Shown one piece after another: positions 12,778 through 30,396 of a stretch of 32,000 bases of DNA. The notes below the pieces were generated by a model. It ran no database searches. It saw only the letters and a program-made list of their open reading frames with translations, and had not been told where the DNA came from. The DNA lies in NCBI RefSeq assembly GCF_052938775.1, contig NZ_CM129038.1. One strand, given 5' to 3'. Each line of letters opens with the position of its first letter. Position 1 is the first letter of the stretch. A program made the position numbers and the translations under genes.

Positions 12778-14099
12778 TGCCTAAACTTGTCACTTGGATG
12801 AACAACCAGCGGGTAGGCGAGTTAACGAAGTTAGCCAACGGCGCGCACACCTTTAAGTATGCACCGGAGTGGTTAGCCAGCCGTTATGCCAGACCGTTGT
12901 CACTTTCGCTGCCATTGCAGAGGGGGAATATCACCTCAGATGCCGTATTTAACTTCTTCGATAACCTGTTACCCGATAGCCCGATTGTACGTGACCGGAT
13001 CGTTAAACGTTATCATGCTAAATCCAGACAACCGTTTGATTTATTGTCAGAAATAGGGCGAGACAGCGTTGGTGCCGTAACGTTATTACCCGAAAATGAA
13101 ACCATAACGCGCCCGATAATGGCATGGGAAAAGCTTACTGAAGCCAGGCTTGAAGAAGTATTAACGGCTTATAAAGCAGATATCCCTCTGGGCATGATTA
13201 GAGAGGAAAATGACTTTCGCATCTCGGTTGCTGGCGCGCAGGAGAAGACAGCGCTGCTTAGAATAGGCAATGACTGGTGCATTCCGAAAGGAATAACGCC
13301 GACGACGCACATCATTAAATTACCGATTGGCGAAATCAGGCAGCCCAATGCGACGCTCGATCTCAGCCAAAGCGTTGATAATGAGTATTACTGTCTGCTG
13401 CTGGCGAAAGAACTTGGGTTGAATGTTCCGGACGCAGAAATCATTAAAGCGGGAAATGTGCGCGCGTTAGCGGTCGAACGTTTTGACAGGCGTTGGAATG
13501 CTGAGCGAACGGTTTTACTTCGCTTGCCACAGGAGGATATGTGTCAGACATTCGGTTTACCTTCATCGGTGAAATATGAATCAGATGGAGGCCCAGGCAT
13601 CGCGCGGATCATGGCTTTTTTGATGGGGTCCAGCGAGGCGCTGAAAGATCGCTATGATTTTATGAAATTCCAGGTCTTCCAGTGGTTGATTGGCGCAACG
13701 GACGGTCATGCAAAAAACTTCTCCGTATTTATTCAGGCTGGCGGCAGTTATCGACTCACGCCATTTTACGACATCATTTCAGCATTTCCGGTCCTTGGCG
13801 GTACGGGAATACACATCAGCGATCTCAAACTGGCAATGGGGCTTAACGCATCCAAAGGCAAAAAAACGGCAATCGATAAAATTTATCCGCGACATTTTTT
13901 GGCGACAGCAAAGGTGCTGAGATTCCCGGAAGTGCAGATGCATGAAATCCTAAGTGACTTTGCCAGAATGATTCCGGCAGCACTGGATAACGTGAAGACT
14001 TCATTACCGACAGATTTTCCGGAGAACGTGGTGACGGCAGTTGAAACCAATGTGTTGAGGTTGCATGGACGGTTAAGACGAGAATACGGTAGTAAGTGA
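12777..14099 (+). CDS. hipA: Serine/threonine kinase toxin HipA
   Basis: 440 aa from ATG 12777 (MPKLVTWMNNQRVGELTKLANGAHTF...), with the kinase-core motif LIGATDGHAKNFS. The ORF-track start at 12720 is an out-of-context upstream extension overlapping hipB. Confidence 0.95.
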   Translation: MPKLVTWMNNQRVGELTKLANGAHTFKYAPEWLASRYARPLSLSLPLQRGNITSDAVFNFFDNLLPDSPIVRDRIVKRYHAKSRQPFDLLSEIGRDSVGAVTLLPENETITRPIMAWEKLTEARLEEVLTAYKADIPLGMIREENDFRISVAGAQEKTALLRIGNDWCIPKGITPTTHIIKLPIGEIRQPNATLDLSQSVDNEYYCLLLAKELGLNVPDAEIIKAGNVRALAVERFDRRWNAERTVLLRLPQEDMCQTFGLPSSVKYESDGGPGIARIMAFLMGSSEALKDRYDFMKFQVFQWLIGATDGHAKNFSVFIQAGGSYRLTPFYDIISAFPVLGGTGIHISDLKLAMGLNASKGKKTAIDKIYPRHFLATAKVLRFPEVQMHEILSDFARMIPAALDNVKTSLPTDFPENVVTAVETNVLRLHGRLRREYGSK

Positions 14100-14170
14100 G
14101 ATATGGGGTTTGGTCGTTGTTAATGAACAATCATGACCGCCAACGACTGGATTCTTCCTTGGTTTATACT

Positions 14171-14264
14171 GGTGCGCATAATGTGACACGCGTTATGTTG
14201 AAAAGGCCGCTGCGATACTCTCCACCGCAGCGGCCTTTTTATACATAACGTCATTGTGCGCACT
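14171..14264 (+). other. attL: host dif XerC arm fused to the phage attP cassette (two inverted dif-like sites plus an apical hairpin)
   Basis: Site 1 is GGTGCGCATAA-TGTGACACGCG-TTATGTTGAAA (14171-14203). The GC stem is GGCCGCTGCG (14205-14214) / CGCAGCGGCC (14226-14235). Inverted site 2 (14238-14264) has the reverse complement AGTGCGCACAA-TGACG-TTATGTATAAA. For comparison, E. coli dif is GGTGCGCATAA-TGTATA-TTATGTTAAAT. Confidence 0.85.
14205..14241 (+). terminator. GC hairpin with flanking A4/T5 tracts. It is the apical stem of attP and probably also a terminator after gene IV of the preceding copy
   Basis: AAAA-GGCCGCTGCG-(11-nt loop)-CGCAGCGGCC-TTTTT. The same element is at 22102-22138. 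A G.T-wobble variant is at 29999-30035. Confidence 0.55.
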
Positions 14265-14516
14265 GAACCTTAAAGGATTTCAGTGTCCTTACTTAGTTTG
14301 TTGTGTATGGTCATCACCAACGGTAGGACAAGCGTTATCAGGCTGAATATTGTCATGCCTGTGATGCTGCCAACAACAAAATGCTTTATCAGCAGGTCAA
14401 GAATTAAGTCACTGGTTGTCTGCATATTGCTTTTTAGCAATCATGTAATACTGCACTTTTGTACCACGGGTGGTACTTTTTGCTCTTCTAGCAATCGCCA
14501 AATCGTTTTGTGATTA

Positions 14517-16852
<2,336 letters not shown>

Positions 16853-16882
16853 CTGAATTTTTAACATTGAGGAGTCTGATTT

Positions 16883-17308
16883 ATGAATCAAATTTATGAC
16901 AGTTTTCCGTTTCCTTCCCCTGAGGGTTTTACCGCAGGTATGACAATGGCGGGATATTTTATTCACGCCACTGTCATAAATGATGAGGAGTTAAAACCCA
17001 CGGGTTCTCATTATAACCCTGAGGCTAAACCCAAATATGCCATTGTTATTGGCTATCCGTATGAGGACCGAAAATTAAAAGTCCGCCGTGAGGAGCATGA
17101 GCGATTTTCCTGTACTGAGGAGGATTTTAAATTTTTTAATTCATGTCCTGATTTGCAGGGCAAACCTGTTTATCTCACGGTGGATGTTAACTCATGGTCG
17201 ACAGGCTCTGAACGTCATGGTGTCTGGTATCGTTTTATTTCCGGCTCCATGAAACGTTTTGACGGTCAGCCGCTGGGTGCGCTGCCCGCAGGTAAAGAAA
17301 AAGGCTGA
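16883..17308 (+). CDS. 141-aa protein in the gene-V position (candidate ssDNA-binding protein)
   Basis: GAGGAG SD upstream. It lies immediately after rep, and its size is comparable to the Pf1-type gene 5 protein. I recognise no motif, so the assignment rests on position only. Confidence 0.4.
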   Translation: MNQIYDSFPFPSPEGFTAGMTMAGYFIHATVINDEELKPTGSHYNPEAKPKYAIVIGYPYEDRKLKVRREEHERFSCTEEDFKFFNSCPDLQGKPVYLTVDVNSWSTGSERHGVWYRFISGSMKRFDGQPLGALPAGKEKG

Positions 17309-17312
17309 TGAT

Positions 17313-17453
17313 ATGTCTGACGCTGATTTTCTGAACTTTGTTTTATTTGCTGCGCCTGCAATGATTTTATTTTCTTCAGGTTTTGGCATCGGAATAAAAC
17401 TGATTCGCGCCTGTGACTCACAAAGCATTACTGTTCAGCGTTATTATGACTGA
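17313..17453 (+). CDS. 46-aa small hydrophobic protein (pVII/pIX-like minor coat candidate)
   Basis: Internal ATG of ORF 17259..17453. The sequence MSDADFLNFVLFAAPAMILFSSGFGIGIKLI has a single TM segment. It lies between the ssDNA-binding candidate and the major coat gene. Confidence 0.45.
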   Translation: MSDADFLNFVLFAAPAMILFSSGFGIGIKLIRACDSQSITVQRYYD

Positions 17454-17616
17454 ATTTGATTTCAGCGGTGTTTTATCCGCACTGAATTCTGGCGTACAGG
17501 ACGGGGAGCTTTACTGGGCCGTTCTGTATGTCTGGATTGTCTGCTGGCTTCTTGGCTTTGGCCTTGGTGTTATTTTCACTCTGGTCTGCCGGATGTTCAG
17601 CGATGCTGTTAATTAA
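17446..17616 (+). CDS. 56-aa small membrane protein (pVII/pIX-like minor coat candidate)
   Basis: The ATG overlaps the preceding stop (ATGA). The sequence MTEFDFSGVLSALNSGVQDGELYWAVLYVWIVCWLLGFGLGVIFTLV has one long hydrophobic segment. Confidence 0.45.
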   Translation: MTEFDFSGVLSALNSGVQDGELYWAVLYVWIVCWLLGFGLGVIFTLVCRMFSDAVN

Positions 17617-17622
17617 TTTTAA

Positions 17623-17883
<261 letters not shown>

Positions 17884-17898
17884 TAGTTATTTAACGAC

Positions 17899-17921
17899 AG
17901 CGCCCTTCGGGGCGCTTTTTT
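17899..17921 (+). terminator. Rho-independent terminator after the major coat gene
   Basis: AGCGCCC-TTCG-GGGCGCT followed by TTTTTT. Confidence 0.8.
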
Positions 17922-17942
17922 AATCATTTCAGGAGTTTTTGC

Positions 17943-19100
17943 TTGATTCACTTTATTATTCCGCTTCTGTTTTTGTTCTTTTCCTCGTTTTCTTTTGCTG
18001 AGGAGAAAGAAAATCCGGATAATCTTGTTCAGTGTTTTGGCCGTTTCGACTGCAGAACAGCTTATTCAGATGCGGGAGCATCGATTAAATTAGCCAGGGG
18101 AGCTGGTCATATTTATTGTGGTTCCGGTAGTTACGATGCGTGCTCCGGAATAATTCATTATTGCGGTGATAGGCTATCAGACTCGTCTCAAGCGCCTTCC
18201 ACCGTTGGGGTTTTTGTCCATGCCCGGTGGTTCGCATATAAAGTCTGGGATTTAGAGAAGCGAGAGTGGAGTACCTGCACTCTTGAATATCAGGGTGGTG
18301 AGGGGGATTTGACACCTGAATATAATAAGCCGCCAACTGACGAGATTTGTCTTTCTCGTCCGGTTCTTGATGGTATGACTTTTCCTGGTGTTTATAAAGG
18401 TGATGACGGGACCCGTTATGTTAATGTGCAGGGGTGTATTTATGAGGCAACCGGCAATCCTTTTATTTGTAATCCCGATGATGATACGGTTTGTACTGCC
18501 AACTGGAAACCAGTTGCTGTAGATCCTGCATTCTCCGATGATAAGGAGGATGGCGGTAGCTCAGGTGGTGGCAGTTCCGGTGGTGGTAACTCAGGCGGTG
18601 GCAGCTCAGGCGGTGGCAGTTCCTCCGGCGATGGCTGGCTTGGTGATATTCTTGGCTGGTTGCAGCGTATTTGGGTTTCAGTGAATGATTTGAATAGTTT
18701 CTTTTCTTTTTCTCAGGCTGATGTAAATAATTCACTGAATACTTTTGATGACCAGCTGTCTGATATTGTTAAAAATGAATCGGGTGATTCATCAAATGAT
18801 TATGATTCTTTAACCTCTCAGTTTATTGATAAGCTACCTAAGGAGTGGTTATTTATTGATTTCGACAAGTTATTTTTTCCTGGTAATCATCGTTCTGATG
18901 GGGCTCAGCCACTTGAGGTTGATTTTTCATTTTATCTTCCGGTGATTGGGACTGTACATTTTACAGTTGACACATCCGATTTTTCATCAGCGTATGATTT
19001 GTTGTTAAGGCCTGTTCTGGAATATTTTATTTATGCACTTACTGTTTTTCGTCTTTATTTTGTTTATCGTCGCGCCCTGATGCGTCATGCTGAGGTTTAG
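17943..19100 (+). CDS. pIII-like adsorption / minor coat protein
   Basis: TTG start after an AGGAG SD. The signal peptide is MIHFIIPLLFLFFSSFSFA. The N-terminal domain is Cys-rich. A (GGSSG)n linker lies at nt 18553-18630. The C-terminal hydrophobic anchor is YFIYALTVFRLYFVYRRAL. Confidence 0.75.
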   Translation: MIHFIIPLLFLFFSSFSFAEEKENPDNLVQCFGRFDCRTAYSDAGASIKLARGAGHIYCGSGSYDACSGIIHYCGDRLSDSSQAPSTVGVFVHARWFAYKVWDLEKREWSTCTLEYQGGEGDLTPEYNKPPTDEICLSRPVLDGMTFPGVYKGDDGTRYVNVQGCIYEATGNPFICNPDDDTVCTANWKPVAVDPAFSDDKEDGGSSGGGSSGGGNSGGGSSGGGSSSGDGWLGDILGWLQRIWVSVNDLNSFFSFSQADVNNSLNTFDDQLSDIVKNESGDSSNDYDSLTSQFIDKLPKEWLFIDFDKLFFPGNHRSDGAQPLEVDFSFYLPVIGTVHFTVDTSDFSSAYDLLLRPVLEYFIYALTVFRLYFVYRRALMRHAEV

Positions 19101-19102
19101 TT

Positions 19103-19465
19103 ATGGTTGTTTTTATTAATTTCATTTATTCTTTTGTGCTTATTATTTTCAGGAGGCTGCTGCCTTTCCTCAGAAATAAGTTTCCTTCTGCTTTTTCTTA
19201 TGCGGGTACATTAACGTATCTTTTTATGTCGATTTCTCTTGCTGTAAGTTTTATTATTGCAGCAAACTCTGTTATTGATACTGTTTCTTCTTCTGCTGTT
19301 ATGAACAGGTACCTTATTATTGCGTTCAGCTATTTACCCCATAACTTTACATTTTGCGCAAATCTCATTATCGCCGCTGATTTTATTTCTTTTCTTTTTC
19401 ACTCAAAGGAACGTATTTATCGATATATTCGCTTGTTTATATCAGGGAAAATACCGGGAGGCTAA
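19103..19465 (+). CDS. pVI-like minor coat protein
   Basis: 120 aa, very hydrophobic with several TM segments. It is tightly coupled after the pIII-like gene (GAGGT SD) and lies before the pI-like gene. Confidence 0.6.
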   Translation: MVVFINFIYSFVLIIFRRLLPFLRNKFPSAFSYAGTLTYLFMSISLAVSFIIAANSVIDTVSSSAVMNRYLIIAFSYLPHNFTFCANLIIAADFISFLFHSKERIYRYIRLFISGKIPGG

Positions 19466-20680
<1,215 letters not shown>

Positions 20681-20760
20681 GACAGAAGAGATACCGCTCG
20701 CCGCAAGTTTATGACCGAACGTAGTGAGCGAATAAACGAGGAAGCGGAATGTCTTCATGA

Positions 20761-22014
<1,254 letters not shown>

Positions 22015-22067
22015 GTGCCGACCGGGATTATCAGGACGCGGCATCTCAGTTTACCCACCACAACGTC

Positions 22068-22161
22068 AGTGCGCATAATGTGACACGCGTTATGTTGAAA
22101 AGGCCGCTGCGATACTCTCCACCGCAGCGGCCTTTTTATACATAACGTCATTGTGCGCACT
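22068..22161 (+). other. Inter-copy attP-type junction (phage XerC-like arm AGTGCGCATAA plus the same cassette)
   Basis: Identical to 14171-14264 except for the first base (A instead of host G). Confidence 0.85.
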
Positions 22162-22413
22162 GAACCTTAAAGGATTTCAGTGTCCTTACTTAGTTTGTTG
22201 TGTATGGTCATCACCAACGGTAGGACAAGCGTTATCAGGCTGAATATTGTCATGCCTGTGATGCTGCCAACAACAAAATGCTTTATCAGCAGGTCAAGAA
22301 TTAAGTCACTGGTTGTCTGCATATTGCTTTTTAGCAATCATGTAATACTGCACTTTTGTACCACGGGTGGTACTTTTTGCTCTTCTAGCAATCGCCAAAT
22401 CGTTTTGTGATTA

Positions 22414-24749
<2,336 letters not shown>

Positions 24750-24779
24750 CTGAATTTTTAACATTGAGGAGTCTGATTT

Positions 24780-25205
24780 ATGAATCAAATTTATGACAGT
24801 TTTCCGTTTCCTTCCCCTGAGGGTTTTACCGCAGGTATGACAATGGCGGGATATTTTATTCACGCCACTGTCATAAATGATGAGGAGTTAAAACCCACGG
24901 GTTCTCATTATAACCCTGAGGCTAAACCCAAATATGCCATTGTTATTGGCTATCCGTATGAGGACCGAAAATTAAAAGTCCGCCGTGAGGAGCATGAGCG
25001 ATTTTCCTGTACTGAGGAGGATTTTAAATTTTTTAATTCATGTCCTGATTTGCAGGGCAAACCTGTTTATCTCACGGTGGATGTTAACTCATGGTCGACA
25101 GGCTCTGAACGTCATGGTGTCTGGTATCGTTTTATTTCCGGCTCCATGAAACGTTTTGACGGTCAGCCGCTGGGTGCGCTGCCCGCAGGTAAAGAAAAAG
25201 GCTGA
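24780..25205 (+). CDS. 141-aa gene-V-position protein (copy 2)
   Basis: Identical to 16883..17308. Confidence 0.4.
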   Translation: MNQIYDSFPFPSPEGFTAGMTMAGYFIHATVINDEELKPTGSHYNPEAKPKYAIVIGYPYEDRKLKVRREEHERFSCTEEDFKFFNSCPDLQGKPVYLTVDVNSWSTGSERHGVWYRFISGSMKRFDGQPLGALPAGKEKG

Positions 25206-25209
25206 TGAT

Positions 25210-25350
25210 ATGTCTGACGCTGATTTTCTGAACTTTGTTTTATTTGCTGCGCCTGCAATGATTTTATTTTCTTCAGGTTTTGGCATCGGAATAAAACTGA
25301 TTCGCGCCTGTGACTCACAAAGCATTACTGTTCAGCGTTATTATGACTGA
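25210..25350 (+). CDS. 46-aa small hydrophobic protein (copy 2)
   Basis: Identical to 17313..17453. Confidence 0.45.
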   Translation: MSDADFLNFVLFAAPAMILFSSGFGIGIKLIRACDSQSITVQRYYD

Positions 25351-25513
25351 ATTTGATTTCAGCGGTGTTTTATCCGCACTGAATTCTGGCGTACAGGACG
25401 GGGAGCTTTACTGGGCCGTTCTGTATGTCTGGATTGTCTGCTGGCTTCTTGGCTTTGGCCTTGGTGTTATTTTCACTCTGGTCTGCCGGATGTTCAGCGA
25501 TGCTGTTAATTAA
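25343..25513 (+). CDS. 56-aa small membrane protein (copy 2)
   Basis: Identical to 17446..17616. Confidence 0.45.
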   Translation: MTEFDFSGVLSALNSGVQDGELYWAVLYVWIVCWLLGFGLGVIFTLVCRMFSDAVN

Positions 25514-25519
25514 TTTTAA

Positions 25520-25780
<261 letters not shown>

Positions 25781-25795
25781 TAGTTATTTAACGAC

Positions 25796-25818
25796 AGCGC
25801 CCTTCGGGGCGCTTTTTT
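25796..25818 (+). terminator. Terminator after the major coat gene (copy 2)
   Basis: Identical to 17899-17921. Confidence 0.8.
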
Positions 25819-25839
25819 AATCATTTCAGGAGTTTTTGC

Positions 25840-26997
25840 TTGATTCACTTTATTATTCCGCTTCTGTTTTTGTTCTTTTCCTCGTTTTCTTTTGCTGAGG
25901 AGAAAGAAAATCCGGATAATCTTGTTCAGTGTTTTGGCCGTTTCGACTGCAGAACAGCTTATTCAGATGCGGGAGCATCGATTAAATTAGCCAGGGGAGC
26001 TGGTCATATTTATTGTGGTTCCGGTAGTTACGATGCGTGCTCCGGAATAATTCATTATTGCGGTGATAGGCTATCAGACTCGTCTCAAGCGCCTTCCACC
26101 GTTGGGGTTTTTGTCCATGCCCGGTGGTTCGCATATAAAGTCTGGGATTTAGAGAAGCGAGAGTGGAGTACCTGCACTCTTGAATATCAGGGTGGTGAGG
26201 GGGATTTGACACCTGAATATAATAAGCCGCCAACTGACGAGATTTGTCTTTCTCGTCCGGTTCTTGATGGTATGACTTTTCCTGGTGTTTATAAAGGTGA
26301 TGACGGGACCCGTTATGTTAATGTGCAGGGGTGTATTTATGAGGCAACCGGCAATCCTTTTATTTGTAATCCCGATGATGATACGGTTTGTACTGCCAAC
26401 TGGAAACCAGTTGCTGTAGATCCTGCATTCTCCGATGATAAGGAGGATGGCGGTAGCTCAGGTGGTGGCAGTTCCGGTGGTGGTAACTCAGGCGGTGGCA
26501 GCTCAGGCGGTGGCAGTTCCTCCGGCGATGGCTGGCTTGGTGATATTCTTGGCTGGTTGCAGCGTATTTGGGTTTCAGTGAATGATTTGAATAGTTTCTT
26601 TTCTTTTTCTCAGGCTGATGTAAATAATTCACTGAATACTTTTGATGACCAGCTGTCTGATATTGTTAAAAATGAATCGGGTGATTCATCAAATGATTAT
26701 GATTCTTTAACCTCTCAGTTTATTGATAAGCTACCTAAGGAGTGGTTATTTATTGATTTCGACAAGTTATTTTTTCCTGGTAATCATCGTTCTGATGGGG
26801 CTCAGCCACTTGAGGTTGATTTTTCATTTTATCTTCCGGTGATTGGGACTGTACATTTTACAGTTGACACATCCGATTTTTCATCAGCGTATGATTTGTT
26901 GTTAAGGCCTGTTCTGGAATATTTTATTTATGCACTTACTGTTTTTCGTCTTTATTTTGTTTATCGTCGCGCCCTGATGCGTCATGCTGAGGTTTAG
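25840..26997 (+). CDS. pIII-like adsorption protein (copy 2)
   Basis: Identical to 17943..19100. Confidence 0.75.
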   Translation: MIHFIIPLLFLFFSSFSFAEEKENPDNLVQCFGRFDCRTAYSDAGASIKLARGAGHIYCGSGSYDACSGIIHYCGDRLSDSSQAPSTVGVFVHARWFAYKVWDLEKREWSTCTLEYQGGEGDLTPEYNKPPTDEICLSRPVLDGMTFPGVYKGDDGTRYVNVQGCIYEATGNPFICNPDDDTVCTANWKPVAVDPAFSDDKEDGGSSGGGSSGGGNSGGGSSGGGSSSGDGWLGDILGWLQRIWVSVNDLNSFFSFSQADVNNSLNTFDDQLSDIVKNESGDSSNDYDSLTSQFIDKLPKEWLFIDFDKLFFPGNHRSDGAQPLEVDFSFYLPVIGTVHFTVDTSDFSSAYDLLLRPVLEYFIYALTVFRLYFVYRRALMRHAEV

Positions 26998-26999
26998 TT

Positions 27000-27362
27000 A
27001 TGGTTGTTTTTATTAATTTCATTTATTCTTTTGTGCTTATTATTTTCAGGAGGCTGCTGCCTTTCCTCAGAAATAAGTTTCCTTCTGCTTTTTCTTATGC
27101 GGGTACATTAACGTATCTTTTTATGTCGATTTCTCTTGCTGTAAGTTTTATTATTGCAGCAAACTCTGTTATTGATACTGTTTCTTCTTCTGCTGTTATG
27201 AACAGGTACCTTATTATTGCGTTCAGCTATTTACCCCATAACTTTACATTTTGCGCAAATCTCATTATCGCCGCTGATTTTATTTCTTTTCTTTTTCACT
27301 CAAAGGAACGTATTTATCGATATATTCGCTTGTTTATATCAGGGAAAATACCGGGAGGCTAA
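27000..27362 (+). CDS. pVI-like minor coat protein (copy 2)
   Basis: Identical to 19103..19465. Confidence 0.6.
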   Translation: MVVFINFIYSFVLIIFRRLLPFLRNKFPSAFSYAGTLTYLFMSISLAVSFIIAANSVIDTVSSSAVMNRYLIIAFSYLPHNFTFCANLIIAADFISFLFHSKERIYRYIRLFISGKIPGG

Positions 27363-28577
<1,215 letters not shown>

Positions 28578-28657
28578 GACAGAAGAGATACCGCTCGCCG
28601 CAAGTTTATGACCGAACGTAGTGAGCGAATAAACGAGGAAGCGGAATGTCTTCATGA

Positions 28658-29911
<1,254 letters not shown>

Positions 29912-29964
29912 GTGCCGACCGGGATTATCAGGACGCGGCATCTCAGTTTACCCACCACAACGTC

Positions 29965-30058
29965 AGTGCGCATAATGTGACACGCGTTATGTTGAAAAGG
30001 CCGCTGCGATACTCTCCACCGCAGTGGCCTTTTTACACATAACGCCATTGTGCGCACT
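29965..30058 (+). other. Phage A / phage B junction: attP cassette of phage B
   Basis: Same layout as the phage A cassette, with 3 substitutions (30025 C>T, 30036 T>C, 30045 T>C in phage A-equivalent terms). The sequences diverge completely after GTGCGCACTG, at about 30060. Confidence 0.8.
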
Positions 30059-30130
30059 GTGTCGTTTTCTGTTGTGTATTGACGTATCTGTGACGCCAGC
30101 ACGCCGATGAAGAAGAAAAGGGAAGTAGAA

Positions 30131-30224
30131 CGTCGTCACGCCAGCCGCACCCGCCCGCAGGGTCGAGGACGGGAGCGCCTGCCGTGACGACGGACGACGA
30201 TCACGATGATGATGATTCGTCGTC
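30131..30224. repeat. Two adjacent inverted repeats in a GC-rich island of phage B (candidate ssDNA origin or packaging hairpins)
   Basis: The first pair is CGTCGTCACG (30131-30140) / CGTGACGACG (30183-30192). The second is GACGACGA (30193-30200) / TCGTCGTC (30217-30224). The surrounding phage DNA is AT-rich. Confidence 0.5.
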
Positions 30225-30353
30225 TGCCGTTACAGATTGGTTGTAAAATGACCGCGCAGCGGTTCGGGAGTTCTGTTACACCCGATATTTACCGTACATT
30301 CCTACGGTTTTTAGTCTTTCAGTCTGTGAACTTTACTTTTTGAGCGCACCAGA

Positions 30354-30396
30354 AAAGTGCAGTGTAATACTGCACTTTAGTCTCATTTTTGAGACT
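30354..30396 (-). terminator. Two tandem hairpins 3' of the phage B regulator gene (candidate terminator)
   Basis: The first hairpin is AAAGTGCAGT (30354-30363) / ACTGCACTTT (30369-30378). The second is AGTCTCA (30379-30385) / TGAGACT (30390-30396). On the minus strand the first hairpin ends in a TTTT run. Confidence 0.4.

Noticed and set aside
14205-14241. Reading the GC hairpin plus T-tract as only an ordinary terminator
   Set aside because: It is flanked symmetrically by inverted dif-like half-sites that extend the pairing to about 94 nt. It recurs at every phage junction. A terminator role may coexist with this but does not explain the flanks.
18553-18630. Short tandem nucleotide repeats, considered as a possible CRISPR array or VNTR
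   Set aside because: They are 15-nt in-frame units encoding the Gly/Ser linker of the pIII-like protein. There are no spacers and no cas genes.
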